From positions 35,486-99,485 of the forward strand of contig JABIFP010000005.1 in assembly GCA_018650645.1 (NCBI GenBank): a DNA stretch of 64,000 nt, in the 5' to 3' direction. This stretch comes from Candidatus Magasanikiibacteriota bacterium. GTDB taxonomy: Bacteria; Patescibacteriota; Patescibacteriia; Magasanikbacterales; UBA922. The position numbers and the translations under genes were made by a program. This document shows positions 1-9,241 of the stretch, in pieces. How positions within the stretch are numbered: the stretch's first letter is position 1; every line of letters begins with the position of its first letter. The notes beneath the pieces are model-generated. The model saw only the letters and a list, made by a program, of their open reading frames with translations, ran no database searches and was not told the origin of the DNA.

Positions 1-603
1 ATTCTGGCAACAAGAAATCCAGCAAAGGAAGATAGGTACAAAAATATTCTTGCTCCAATAAAAGGTTTGGTCACCGTGAACCTGGACTCTCTTAAGATTA
101 CAATAGCAGACTGTGCAGAAACTGGGGATACAGTGGATAAAAACGCAATTATCAAGGCGAATCACTACTATAAGGCCACAAAATCTGCAGTTTTTGCTTC
201 GGATGAGGGAATGTTTCTAGATTTTGACGATGGGCTGGGTAGTCCGGGTGTTCATGCTAGAAGACTTGTAGATGGTATTCGACCTCTTACGGATGAAGAA
301 ATCATTGAGTACTGGGTAAAGAGGCTTAAAGATGCTCCTCAAGGGGCTGGTGGCTGCTGGCGGTATGCGTATGTCATGTTGGAAGGGAATAGAAAAGTAA
401 CGGGAACTGTAGAGTCAAAGTTTGAGTTTGCTAAACAGCCTGCAGGGGAGTACGTCCCGGGATACCCGCTTTCATCGATGTGCTTAGTAAAAGGTTTGGA
501 TAAACTGTACACAGAAATGACTTCAGAAGAGAAGAAGGAGCATTATGATGAGATGTATGGTGAATTTAGAAGGAATATTGAAAAGGGTTTCTGTATAGAC
601 TAG
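1..603 (+). CDS. Ham1/ITPase-like non-canonical purine NTP pyrophosphatase, 5' end outside the window
   Basis: Frame is open from base 1: ILATRNPAK...ETGDTVDKNAIIKA...SDEGMF...PGVHARR, which are Ham1-family motifs. Confidence 0.75.
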   Translation: MLATRNPAKEDRYKNILAPIKGLVTVNLDSLKITIADCAETGDTVDKNAIIKANHYYKATKSAVFASDEGMFLDFDDGLGSPGVHARRLVDGIRPLTDEEIIEYWVKRLKDAPQGAGGCWRYAYVMLEGNRKVTGTVESKFEFAKQPAGEYVPGYPLSSMCLVKGLDKLYTEMTSEEKKEHYDEMYGEFRRNIEKGFCID

Positions 604-724
604 TCTATACAAACGCACTTCGGTATAGTCTGTGTACGGTGTGTGCATAAGTTGTCTAAAAAGTGGTTGAGCCTGTGTACAACCCAGTTAGCAAAGTTTA
701 TTGTATAGACTAGTCTATACAAAC
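592..724. repeat. Two direct copies of the perfect palindrome TGTATAGACTAGTCTATACA followed by AAC
   Basis: Identical 23-mers at 592-614 and 702-724. Confidence 0.9.
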
Positions 725-794
725 AAAGGGTGTAGTCACTTGCACTTTATCTACCGATACACTATAGTATACATATATTCATAACCAGTTACAT

Positions 795-1541
795 ATGGCA
801 GAGTTTCTATCATTTGTCCTATTTGCAGGGATCTTCGTGGTCCTCATCAGCATTAGACAAGTAAACGAGTACCAAAGAGGTGTGAAGTTTCAATTAGGAA
901 AGTATAGAAAAATGGTCAATCCGGGCTGGAGATTGATTGTCCCAATTTTTCAGTCCATGACAAAGGTAGATTTACGTGTAAAGGCGGTAGATGTACCTTT
1001 TCAGGAAGCAATTACCAAGGATAATGTGTCAGCGCGTATAAATGCTGTTATTTACTACAAAGTAAGTGATGCCGCAAAGGCAATTTTGGAGGTTGAGAAC
1101 TTTTGGTTCGCTGTGAGTCAGCTGGCGCAGACAACCATGAGAAATGTCGTTGGGGAAATGGAACTCGATGAACTCCTCGCAAACAGAGACCAGGCAGCAA
1201 AAAAAATTAAGATTATTGTAGATCAGGCAACTGACCCGTGGGGAATTCAGGTTGATGCTGTTGAACTTAAAGATGTTATTTTACCAGATGATATGCAGCG
1301 TGTCATTGCAAAACAGGCAGAGGCTGAGAGAGAGCGGAGAGCTGTTATCATTAAATCTAAGGGTGAGGTAGAGGCTGCTGAGAACCTGACTAGAGCTGCT
1401 GAGATGCTTTCACAGCAAACAGGAGCCCTGCATTTAAGAACACTTAACACCTTAAATGATTTAAGCTCTGATCAGTCAAATACCGTGATTTTTGCAATGC
1501 CACTAGAGATTTTGCGTGCATTTGAGAGATCAAATCAATAA
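795..1541 (+). CDS. SPFH/band-7 (slipin/stomatin-like) protein
   Basis: N-terminal TM, VDLRV...QEAITKDNV, LAQTTMRNVVG, QAEAERERRA coiled coil. Confidence 0.92.
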   Translation: MAEFLSFVLFAGIFVVLISIRQVNEYQRGVKFQLGKYRKMVNPGWRLIVPIFQSMTKVDLRVKAVDVPFQEAITKDNVSARINAVIYYKVSDAAKAILEVENFWFAVSQLAQTTMRNVVGEMELDELLANRDQAAKKIKIIVDQATDPWGIQVDAVELKDVILPDDMQRVIAKQAEAERERRAVIIKSKGEVEAAENLTRAAEMLSQQTGALHLRTLNTLNDLSSDQSNTVIFAMPLEILRAFERSNQ

Positions 1542-1555
1542 ATAAGGTAGGTCAT

Positions 1556-1583
1556 CATAAGCCGGGCTGTTGTCCGGCTTATG
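1556..1583 (+). terminator. Hairpin after the SPFH gene
   Basis: CATAAGCCGG-N8-CCGGCTTATG. Confidence 0.55.
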
Positions 1584-1585
1584 TA

Positions 1586-1614
1586 TTGACAGAGAAAAAA
1601 ATTTCCTCTATAAT
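1586..1614 (+). promoter_or_regulatory. Consensus sigma-70 promoter for tRNA-His
   Basis: TTGACA-17 bp-TATAAT, about 50 bp upstream of the tRNA. Confidence 0.85.
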
Positions 1615-1662
1615 TACGCAGCATCATGATGATGCAATACAGAATCAAAAAGCCCCAATCGG

Positions 1663-1737
1663 GGTGGCTATGGTGTAGTGGTAACACAGAGGCTTGTGGT
1701 GCCTTTATCACGAGTTCGATCCTCGTTAGCCACCCCA
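1663..1737 (+). tRNA. tRNA-His (GUG)
   Basis: G-1, acceptor stem GTGGCTA/TAGCCAC, anticodon loop TTGTGGT, TTCGAT T-loop, C73, encoded CCA. Confidence 0.96.
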
Positions 1738-1751
1738 ATCGGGGTTTGTAC

Positions 1752-1781
1752 AAAAAAGAAGGCTGTTAGGCCTTCTTTTTT
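1752..1781. terminator. Bidirectional intrinsic terminator between tRNA-His and cheD
   Basis: AAAAAAGAAGGC-N6-GCCTTCTTTTTT. Confidence 0.8.
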
Positions 1782-1793
1782 GTGTCTTGATCT

Positions 1794-2264
1794 TTATATT
1801 TTGCTGTCTACTTTTAGAATACCCGCGTGTACATTAAATTCGGCAAGCCGTCCATGTGATCCACCGGTATCTTCACCGGTTAGGGCTACGTGTTTGGCTT
1901 TTAGATATTTTTTTGCGGCTTCAATATTTTGAAATCCAATTCCTTTATTATCGCCACTTAGGTGTTTGAACATCTTTGCACCGCCTACAATTTTTGCATT
2001 CAGGTGCTTGACATCACCTCCGAGCTCTCTAATGCCCTCGAGGAGTAGGTCAATGGACTCATCAACAAATTTAGCTGTTTTTCCTACAGAAGCTTGTGAT
2101 CGGGTGTGTCTTTCTGGAAGCATGGCATGAGCCATACCGCCAATATGAGCCGCAGGGTCAAAAATGACGATTGCTACACACGAACCAATGCTTCCTGTTT
2201 CAATTATTTCCTCTTTATCGGTGACGTAATATTCAGCCGTTTTGACATTTACAGTACTACTCAT
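1794..2264 (-). CDS. cheD: Chemoreceptor glutamine deamidase CheD
   Basis: GSCVAI...GGMAHAMLP catalytic Cys/His, AKIVGGAKMF, EDTGG. Confidence 0.92.
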   Translation of the reverse strand: MSSTVNVKTAEYYVTDKEEIIETGSIGSCVAIVIFDPAAHIGGMAHAMLPERHTRSQASVGKTAKFVDESIDLLLEGIRELGGDVKHLNAKIVGGAKMFKHLSGDNKGIGFQNIEAAKKYLKAKHVALTGEDTGGSHGRLAEFNVHAGILKVDSKI

Positions 2265-2266
2265 AT

Positions 2267-2878
2267 TTATGCGCCTAATTTTTCTTGAGTCTTCTCGAGA
2301 ACGGTTTTGGATGATTTAGGATCAAAAAGGAAATATAACTTTCCAGTTTTTGCAGCTTCTTTGACTGTCAGATCGACCTCAAACAATAGAAGTGAACCCT
2401 CTGTATCGAGTTCAACAAGAATTTCATCAAGAGAAGCTCCAAGCATGTCTACTGACACGTCTGGAATGGAATGGAGCAAGTTCATATCCAAAAATTTTCC
2501 AAGAGCCGTTACCGAGGCTCCAAGCAAAATATTGCCAACCTCTTGAAGGGCTGACAAATCCTCATCCTGGAAGTCCTTGATATCTTTGTGATTCGATTTT
2601 GTAAGCATGTTTGCAAAGCCTACAGCATCCTTCTTGTTGAAAATAAGAAGCATGGCACCTTCCATGTCACCATGAATTCTGAAAAACACATTTACAACGA
2701 CTTCATTTGTGTCTCCGAGTACGTTATGAATGTCTTCGATAGCTCCTGTGTGAATAAAGGGAACGGTCATGTCTACACCTTTCCCAATCATGTGTGACAT
2801 GGCAGTGGCTGCATTTCCAGCTCCTATATTTACTACCTCGGCCAGCTGCCCGATTTGCTCTTCTGTGATCTTTTTCAT
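2267..2878 (-). CDS. cheC: CheY-P phosphatase CheC
   Basis: Two ExxN motifs (EVVNIGAGNAATA and SALQEVGNIL); start taken at MKKITEEQ. Confidence 0.9.
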   Translation of the reverse strand: MKKITEEQIGQLAEVVNIGAGNAATAMSHMIGKGVDMTVPFIHTGAIEDIHNVLGDTNEVVVNVFFRIHGDMEGAMLLIFNKKDAVGFANMLTKSNHKDIKDFQDEDLSALQEVGNILLGASVTALGKFLDMNLLHSIPDVSVDMLGASLDEILVELDTEGSLLLFEVDLTVKEAAKTGKLYFLFDPKSSKTVLEKTQEKLGA

Positions 2879-2891
2879 AGTGTTTATATTA

Positions 2892-4646
2892 TTAAGCGCG
2901 CAATAATTGCAATCTGTTTTGTAAAATTGAACCGACATCTAGGATTAATATGGTTTTTCCATTTCCAAGAATTGTTGAGCCTGAAAATCCATTTACGCCT
3001 TGCAAGACAGGTGGAAGTGATTTAACAATGATTTCCTGCTCATCAAGTATGTCATCAACGATTAAGCCAACGACTTCCTTTCCATGAAAGGCGATTACCA
3101 CGGTGATTTGTTGTTGTTTCTGTGGGACTTCAGAGGGTTCAGTCGGCACAGCACTCTGAGTTGCAAAGGTTTTCTTTAGATCAAGTAGTGGCACCTCAAT
3201 CCCTTGAACTATCGCAATGTTTTGATCACCTACACTTTTGATATCACTGGGAGAGACCAGTACAGAGCGTTTTACTACCGAGAATGGGATTGCCGCTGTT
3301 TCACCGCCAATGCTAACTATAAGTGCGTTAATAATAGCAAGTGACATGGGTAGTTGCAATGAAAATCTTGTTCCGCCTTCTTGAAGAGGGGACTCAACAT
3401 GTAAAAGACCGCTACTTTTTTTTACAAACTCATCTACAACACTTAATCCGACCCCTCTTCCAGAAGTTTCTGTCACAACATCATTTGTAGATAGCTCGGG
3501 ATGAAAAATGAGAGATTCCACCAATCGGTTAGCTGCGGCATCTCGGGTTCCTTGCAGTGTACTTTTTTGCTCGGCGCTTATGATGCCTCGAGCATGAGCA
3601 GTTTCAATCACTTTGCTCCAATTAATACCGTTTCCTGAGTCTTGCACAGAGATGGTCGTGAAATTTTTGTCTCGCTGAGCTGAAAGAATAATATCTCCGC
3701 TTGTATCAATTCCATGATCGATAGCATTTCGGAGTAGATGCACAAGTGGTTCAGCAAGCGTATCAATGATAGAGCGATCGAGCTCAAGCTCGCTCCCTTG
3801 TATTGAAAAATTAATTTCTTTATTTTTTTGCTTTGAAAGATCGCGAACCATTCGTGGAAATCGAGCGAACACCTGTCCAAGAGGAATAAGCCTTGTTTGC
3901 ATAACGGTATGTTGAATGGCTGAAACAAGTTGACTCATGTGGTCCACAACAGGTGCTACTCGGGCATGGAGTGGGAATTTTTGCTCAATTGTTTTGGCGT
4001 TCATACCTGTAAAATGAGCAGCATTTGGGTCCATTACTGCATCAAGCTTCATTTTATCAATAAGAAGCTCTTCCACAAGGTCGAACAGCGTATCAATGCG
4101 CTCTGTGGGTACTTTAATATGAGAAATCGTATCGACTTTCACCTGCTCAGTTGCTTCAGTACGAATATTTCCGGAAGGCTCAGCTGGTTCTGGAGTGGGG
4201 GCACTAAGAGGTTTGCCCGTATCATCTCTTTCAGATTTTCCAGCACCCTTGGTTTTTACTCCCGTAAGTTTTCTAAGCGATTCTATAAATGTTGGGTCAA
4301 TTGATTCAGTGTTTTCTTTTGCAATATGGTCAAGGGATTGATCAAGAGCGTCTACAGTATGAAATAGCTCATCAAGTATGGAAGGAGAAATCGCAAGCAT
4401 CTCATTGCGTGCATAATCAAACACATCTTCCATGACATGGGTTAATTCTGCCATGTGAGTAAAGCCCATTGTTGCTGCAGATCCTTTAATAGTATGTGAA
4501 GAGCGCATGAGCTCATTTAAAATATCCTTTGAATCAGTTTTGTTCGCAGGATCACATTTTTCCAAGGCTAAAAGATGCTCATTTAGGAGAGCTATATGTT
4601 CTTCCGCCTCAGAAATGAAGAGTTGCTTGAATTGAGAGAGATCCAT
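2892..4646 (-). CDS. cheA: Chemotaxis histidine kinase CheA
   Basis: HPt domain (RSSHTIKGSA), RFPRMVRDL, HLLRNAIDHG, SGRGVGL, C-terminal CheW domain. Confidence 0.96.
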   Translation of the reverse strand: MDLSQFKQLFISEAEEHIALLNEHLLALEKCDPANKTDSKDILNELMRSSHTIKGSAATMGFTHMAELTHVMEDVFDYARNEMLAISPSILDELFHTVDALDQSLDHIAKENTESIDPTFIESLRKLTGVKTKGAGKSERDDTGKPLSAPTPEPAEPSGNIRTEATEQVKVDTISHIKVPTERIDTLFDLVEELLIDKMKLDAVMDPNAAHFTGMNAKTIEQKFPLHARVAPVVDHMSQLVSAIQHTVMQTRLIPLGQVFARFPRMVRDLSKQKNKEINFSIQGSELELDRSIIDTLAEPLVHLLRNAIDHGIDTSGDIILSAQRDKNFTTISVQDSGNGINWSKVIETAHARGIISAEQKSTLQGTRDAAANRLVESLIFHPELSTNDVVTETSGRGVGLSVVDEFVKKSSGLLHVESPLQEGGTRFSLQLPMSLAIINALIVSIGGETAAIPFSVVKRSVLVSPSDIKSVGDQNIAIVQGIEVPLLDLKKTFATQSAVPTEPSEVPQKQQQITVVIAFHGKEVVGLIVDDILDEQEIIVKSLPPVLQGVNGFSGSTILGNGKTILILDVGSILQNRLQLLRA

Positions 4647-4655
4647 AGCAAGTAG

Positions 4656-5705
4656 TTATGAGCAAATGGAGGTTATTTTTTCAGCAATTTGTTTGGGAGA
4701 AAGAATTTCGTCAGCGGCTCCGGCATCAATGACAGACTGCGGCATAGAAGCAATAACGGCAGAGTAAGGATTCTGGACAAGGGTCAGCCCTCCATGTTTT
4801 TTAATATCTTTCATGCCGGACTGTCCATCTTTACCCATTCCAGTTAATTCAATTCCAATAATTTTTTCTTTAAAAAGAGGGGCTGCGCTTTGCATGGTGA
4901 CATCAATGGAGGGCTTTAAACCGTGAACAGGGTCTTCATCGGTCAACAAGCATACCGATGAGCCATTTTTTTTGCCTAATCGCAAATGTTTTCCGCCTGG
5001 AGCTATATATACACTTCCTCCATGTAAGACTGCTCCTTCATAGGCTTCTTTAACATCGAATGGAACTAATCGATCAAGCCGCTGCGCAAAGGTCTTTGTA
5101 AAAAAAGCAGGCATATGCTGCACGATAATAATGGGCGCTTTTATTGATTGTGGAAGAGCTAGTAAAATATCTTCTACAACTGGTGGTCCGCCAGTAGAAG
5201 ATCCTATGATAACCACGTGTTCAGCGGGTAGTAGCGGAGATTTATGGGAAACTGTTTTTTCCTTTAAAGGAGGTCTTACCTGAACTTTAGCTCGGTAGGC
5301 CTGTCTAATTTTTGAAAATATTTCTTCTTGTATTGTTTTAATATCGAGAGATATTTCTCCGGACGATTTTTGGATGGTAAACACGGCACCTGCCCGTAAG
5401 CTATTAAAGGTTTCCTTTGCGCCCTCAGTGGTATATGCCGAGAGCATAATAATACGAGGCTTTTTCTTTAGCGGAAGAGCCAAAATTTGTAGCACAGCCT
5501 CTGCGCCAGTCATCTCTGGCATGTTGTAATCCATGGTTATGACATCCGGATGAAGCTGCGCAGCATAGCCCACAGCTTCAATTCCATTTTTCGCTTCCCC
5601 TATTACTTCCATATCTGGAGCAGCCGAAATAAGCTCCGTTAATAATTTTCTCATGAAAAACGAATCGTCAACAACCAGTACACGAATAGGGGAGCTCTTT
5701 GACAT
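4656..5705 (-). CDS. cheB: Chemotaxis methylesterase response regulator CheB
   Basis: Receiver domain plus GSSTGGP, VQHMP and LTGMGKDG motifs. Confidence 0.95.
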   Translation of the reverse strand: MSKSSPIRVLVVDDSFFMRKLLTELISAAPDMEVIGEAKNGIEAVGYAAQLHPDVITMDYNMPEMTGAEAVLQILALPLKKKPRIIMLSAYTTEGAKETFNSLRAGAVFTIQKSSGEISLDIKTIQEEIFSKIRQAYRAKVQVRPPLKEKTVSHKSPLLPAEHVVIIGSSTGGPPVVEDILLALPQSIKAPIIIVQHMPAFFTKTFAQRLDRLVPFDVKEAYEGAVLHGGSVYIAPGGKHLRLGKKNGSSVCLLTDEDPVHGLKPSIDVTMQSAAPLFKEKIIGIELTGMGKDGQSGMKDIKKHGGLTLVQNPYSAVIASMPQSVIDAGAADEILSPKQIAEKITSICS

Positions 5706-5714
5706 ATAGATTGG

Positions 5715-6077
5715 TTATTCACCAAGAACAGCGTTCACGGCTTCTAGTACCTGCGCTTTTTCAAACGGTTTCACAATATACCCTTTTGCCCCAAGTGATT
5801 TTGCTTCTTCTGTTGTGGTATCTTGTCCTACCGCGGTTACCATAACGATGTTTGTGGTAGAACCAACTTCTTTGAGTACGTCCATTCCGCCCATTTCTGG
5901 CATGATAACGTCCAAAAGAACAAGTGCGGGGCTGTTTGCTTTAATGATTTCAAGCGCCTCTTTTCCGTTTGAGGCTTCTAAAAATTGTGTATGCCCTGCT
6001 TCAGTGAGGATGTTTTTTAATACACCGCGCATGAATGCTGAATCGTCGGTAAGAAGGATAAGTTGATCTTTTGCCAT
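5715..6077 (-). CDS. cheY: CheY-type single-domain response regulator
   Basis: DDSAFMR, LLDVIMP, MVTAVGQ, IVKPF; lies inside the che operon. Confidence 0.88.
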   Translation of the reverse strand: MAKDQLILLTDDSAFMRGVLKNILTEAGHTQFLEASNGKEALEIIKANSPALVLLDVIMPEMGGMDVLKEVGSTTNIVMVTAVGQDTTTEEAKSLGAKGYIVKPFEKAQVLEAVNAVLGE

Positions 6078-6101
6078 ATAAATAGTTATTAGTACTGAAA
6101 G

Positions 6102-6683
6102 TTAGCTCTCTTGTTGAAGTGTTTCAAGAAGAGAAGGATCAAAAACAAGATATAAACTGAGGTCTAGATGTTGTTCGTTTAACACAAGTGAGGTGTCTAA
6201 GAGGACTGAATGCTCTGCCGTCGGTTTATTGGATAGATCTGATGCAATAGATTTCATGCGCGTGCTGGTAACCATAAGAGGTGGCCCAATCATTACCTCT
6301 GACTGAAATTCTTTTGCAATAGATACGAGGTAAGCATTTGAAAGGATGTTAAGGGTTTCCTTAATCATTGATCGGTCTAAATCTTTCATAATGCCTGTGC
6401 TTCCAACAGGCTGATCATTCATGAGATCAATGAAAAGGAGTGCTTGTTCCCGAGACATAACGAAGAGTGCGAACCCTTCCATTCCTGAGATAAGCTGCGC
6501 GAAGGCAACAACGGCCTGCTCTCCATGTTTTTTAAATTTTTCAATGATCGTATCATCGGAGATTGATTGGATTTCAGTAACATTAGCGGTTACTTTTGTC
6601 TTAGACAATTTTCCAAATGCCTCTTGTACTCTTCTTGAACCCTCCGTTGCAGCGTGCTGCAATTTCGTCTTATCCATTTGCAT
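6102..6683 (-). CDS. Divergent CheC/CheX-like protein
   Basis: One ExxN motif (SMIKETLNIL), CheC-like size and pattern, operon context. Confidence 0.65.
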   Translation of the reverse strand: MQMDKTKLQHAATEGSRRVQEAFGKLSKTKVTANVTEIQSISDDTIIEKFKKHGEQAVVAFAQLISGMEGFALFVMSREQALLFIDLMNDQPVGSTGIMKDLDRSMIKETLNILSNAYLVSIAKEFQSEVMIGPPLMVTSTRMKSIASDLSNKPTAEHSVLLDTSLVLNEQHLDLSLYLVFDPSLLETLQQES

Positions 6684-6695
6684 ATTGCTGTGTAA

Positions 6696-7292
6696 TTATA
6701 CTGAATTAGCTGATGGGGAAATTGAATCAATTGCCGTAGTTACGGTGAGGAGCTCATCAGTCTGCAATAATTTTGGTAAATTAAGCAGGACAATTAATCG
6801 AGAATCCTCGGATGTTTTTGATTCATTGGTTTTATCCTCATCTAATACTACCACACCAGACATATATTCTGCATTGATTTTAGTGGATAGTAATTCTGGT
6901 GTTGTTTTTACACTATCTTTGGGTACGGTAAGTACCTCAAGAACTTGATCTACAAGCACCCCAAAGGTACTTTTGTCTACCTCTGTCAGTATAATATGCT
7001 CTGAAACAGCTTGGTTCTCTCGTTGCAAGCCGAATCTTTTTTCTAAGTCGATGACAACGGCGATAGTTCCACGGACATTAATGATACCACTTACAAACGC
7101 AGGAGCGTTTGGCATGGTGGTTACTTCTTGAGAGGTAAGAATTTCATTTATGTCAGTTATTGGTACGGCATATTCCTCGCCATCAAGCGTAAACACAATA
7201 AGCTGCATGGTTTCTATTTGAGATTGCTCCTCGCTTTGCGATTGCTGAGCAACTGAAGCGACGATTTGTTGCATGTCTTCAGCCATAATCAT
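6696..7292 (-). CDS. cheW: CheW coupling protein
   Basis: LIVFTLDGEEYAV, GIINVRG, GVLVDQV. Confidence 0.93.
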   Translation of the reverse strand: MIMAEDMQQIVASVAQQSQSEEQSQIETMQLIVFTLDGEEYAVPITDINEILTSQEVTTMPNAPAFVSGIINVRGTIAVVIDLEKRFGLQRENQAVSEHIILTEVDKSTFGVLVDQVLEVLTVPKDSVKTTPELLSTKINAEYMSGVVVLDEDKTNESKTSEDSRLIVLLNLPKLLQTDELLTVTTAIDSISPSANSV

Positions 7293-7307
7293 TCATTAAT
7301 CTGATAA

Positions 7308-9194
7308 TTAAACACGTTTGGTTGGTGGCTTTGGTGGGGCAACAGGCTTTGTCGCCTCAGCCGCGGGTTGAGGTACTGGCGCTACTTTTTGCTCAGTAAT
7401 TGATTTTCTTGGCATTGGAGCTGCTGCCGCAATTGCTTTTTGTGCGTTCCCTGCGATGTTTTGAAGGTCAGATGAGAGTGCGAGCAGCTGTTGTGCTGCC
7501 GCGGACACTTGTTGGTTTGCCGCGCTTTCTTGCTGTGTTGAAGCTGCGAGTTGCTGTGCTCCAGAAGAATTTTGCTCTGCAACAACCGCAATGCTATCCA
7601 TAGTCTTCGCAACTTGAGTGACAGAAGAAGATTGTTGTTGAATGGTAGCTGAGAGTTCTTGAATTCTTGATGTTACTTCGCTAATTGCACCAACAGTGTC
7701 AGTAACTCCTTTTCCTACATCATCTACAACCACAGTAATTTCCTCTGCAGATTTCGCTGAACTTTCGGCTAATTTTCTTACTTCATCGGCAACCACAGCA
7801 AATCCTCTACCAGCTTCACCAGCTCTTGCGGCTTCAATTGCAGCGTTAAGGGCAAGTAGGTTGGTTTGCTCTGCAATATTTGTGATGGTACTTACGAGTA
7901 CACCAATTTTGTCTGTGTTTGCACCACTTTCTTGTGCGACTTTTGATGTTTGTGTTGCTGTGGCTGCAGCATCTTCAGCTGAGGCGGACATTTGCTGTAC
8001 AGCTGCTGCCATTTGGCTCATAGCTTGTGAAACTTCTTCAGATTGTTTTGATTGTTGCGCACTTCCGCTCGCCACCTGCTGTGCAATACTTGAATTTTGC
8101 TGAGACGCTGCAGCCGTCTGCTGAGAAGAAGCTGAAATTTGTCTTGCTGCAATATTGAGCTGTTCAATTGCTCTAATAATGGGCTTTCTAACAAAGGCGG
8201 CAAGTGATTTTGAGGCATAGAGCGCCACAAGGAAGATGCCAAGAACCGTAAAGATAATTGTCAAAATAATAGCATTTCTAATTCTTACAACAGGAGCAAA
8301 TGCTTCAGAGAGCTCAATTTGTGTAACAATACCTAAATCATATTCCTCTAAGTATCTCGATGCAGCAAAAACAGGCTGTCCGTTATAGCCTAGGGATGTT
8401 TCATGAATCGTCTCATCATTAGCAAGTGCACGGGTCATCGGGTCTTCTGAAAGTTGTTTGCTAATAACTTTATTGAGTTTTGTATTTTCCTCAAATCGGG
8501 CATTGGTAATAAGGAGTGCATCTCCATTTTCGTTTCGTTTTGCAAGGAGTGTTTCTCCTGTGTTAGTATGTTTTTCGTAATTATCTATGATTGTTTTCAA
8601 TTCTCCTTCACGTACTCTAGCACCCATAACTCCGGCAAAGGCATCGTTTAGGTGTCCAAATACCGGCGCTGCAATAACATGAGACTCAGCTCCTGTGCTA
8701 CCTGATCGATAAGTCATTTTTACATGAGGTTTTTCTTGAGTATGAGTGTAATACTCATCATTAGACTTATTAGACCCTAGAGATGCGGGGTCTGTACTGG
8801 CAATAACGGTACCATGCGCGTTTAACAAGAATAATTCTTCGTAATGAGGAATTCTGCCAAGAATTTCGGTAAATTCTTCATTGATTAATTGGAATTCCGC
8901 ATCAATTTGAGCTTGCTCTTCGGGGGTCAGCTCTCCACGCGTTTCTAAGGTGGAAGAATCACCAGCATAATCTTGAATGAATTTTCCAGCAGCGAGCCCA
9001 ATCATGGTTTCTAAATCTCTTTGAAAATATTCTCCAAGAGCAATTTCTGCTTCTGCAGCTAATGTATCAACCTCTCTAAGTGCTTCAAATTCTAAGGCAC
9101 TTTTGGACTCGGAATAGCCAAAATAGCCCACGACTCCCATTGGGATAAGTGAAATGAGAAGAAACCAGCCAATCAAACGACTAGAGAGTCCCAT
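7308..9194 (-). CDS. Methyl-accepting chemotaxis protein with a Cache-like sensor domain
   Basis: Two TMs flanking an extracellular domain of about 270 aa; hairpin tip [38 protein letters not shown]. Confidence 0.95.
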   Translation of the reverse strand: MGLSSRLIGWFLLISLIPMGVVGYFGYSESKSALEFEALREVDTLAAEAEIALGEYFQRDLETMIGLAAGKFIQDYAGDSSTLETRGELTPEEQAQIDAEFQLINEEFTEILGRIPHYEELFLLNAHGTVIASTDPASLGSNKSNDEYYTHTQEKPHVKMTYRSGSTGAESHVIAAPVFGHLNDAFAGVMGARVREGELKTIIDNYEKHTNTGETLLAKRNENGDALLITNARFEENTKLNKVISKQLSEDPMTRALANDETIHETSLGYNGQPVFAASRYLEEYDLGIVTQIELSEAFAPVVRIRNAIILTIIFTVLGIFLVALYASKSLAAFVRKPIIRAIEQLNIAARQISASSQQTAAASQQNSSIAQQVASGSAQQSKQSEEVSQAMSQMAAAVQQMSASAEDAAATATQTSKVAQESGANTDKIGVLVSTITNIAEQTNLLALNAAIEAARAGEAGRGFAVVADEVRKLAESSAKSAEEITVVVDDVGKGVTDTVGAISEVTSRIQELSATIQQQSSSVTQVAKTMDSIAVVAEQNSSGAQQLAASTQQESAANQQVSAAAQQLLALSSDLQNIAGNAQKAIAAAAPMPRKSITEQKVAPVPQPAAEATKPVAPPKPPTKRV

Positions 9195-9241
9195 TTTTGA
9201 TTCTTTAACAGACCTAGATGATCTCCTTTAAAAGTATTATA

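Noticed and set aside
592-724. Possible CRISPR array
   Set aside because: Only two repeats, an 87-bp spacer and no cas genes
1678-1932. ORFs overlapping tRNA-His (also 1535-1753)
   Set aside because: Shadow ORFs over a tRNA gene and a terminator
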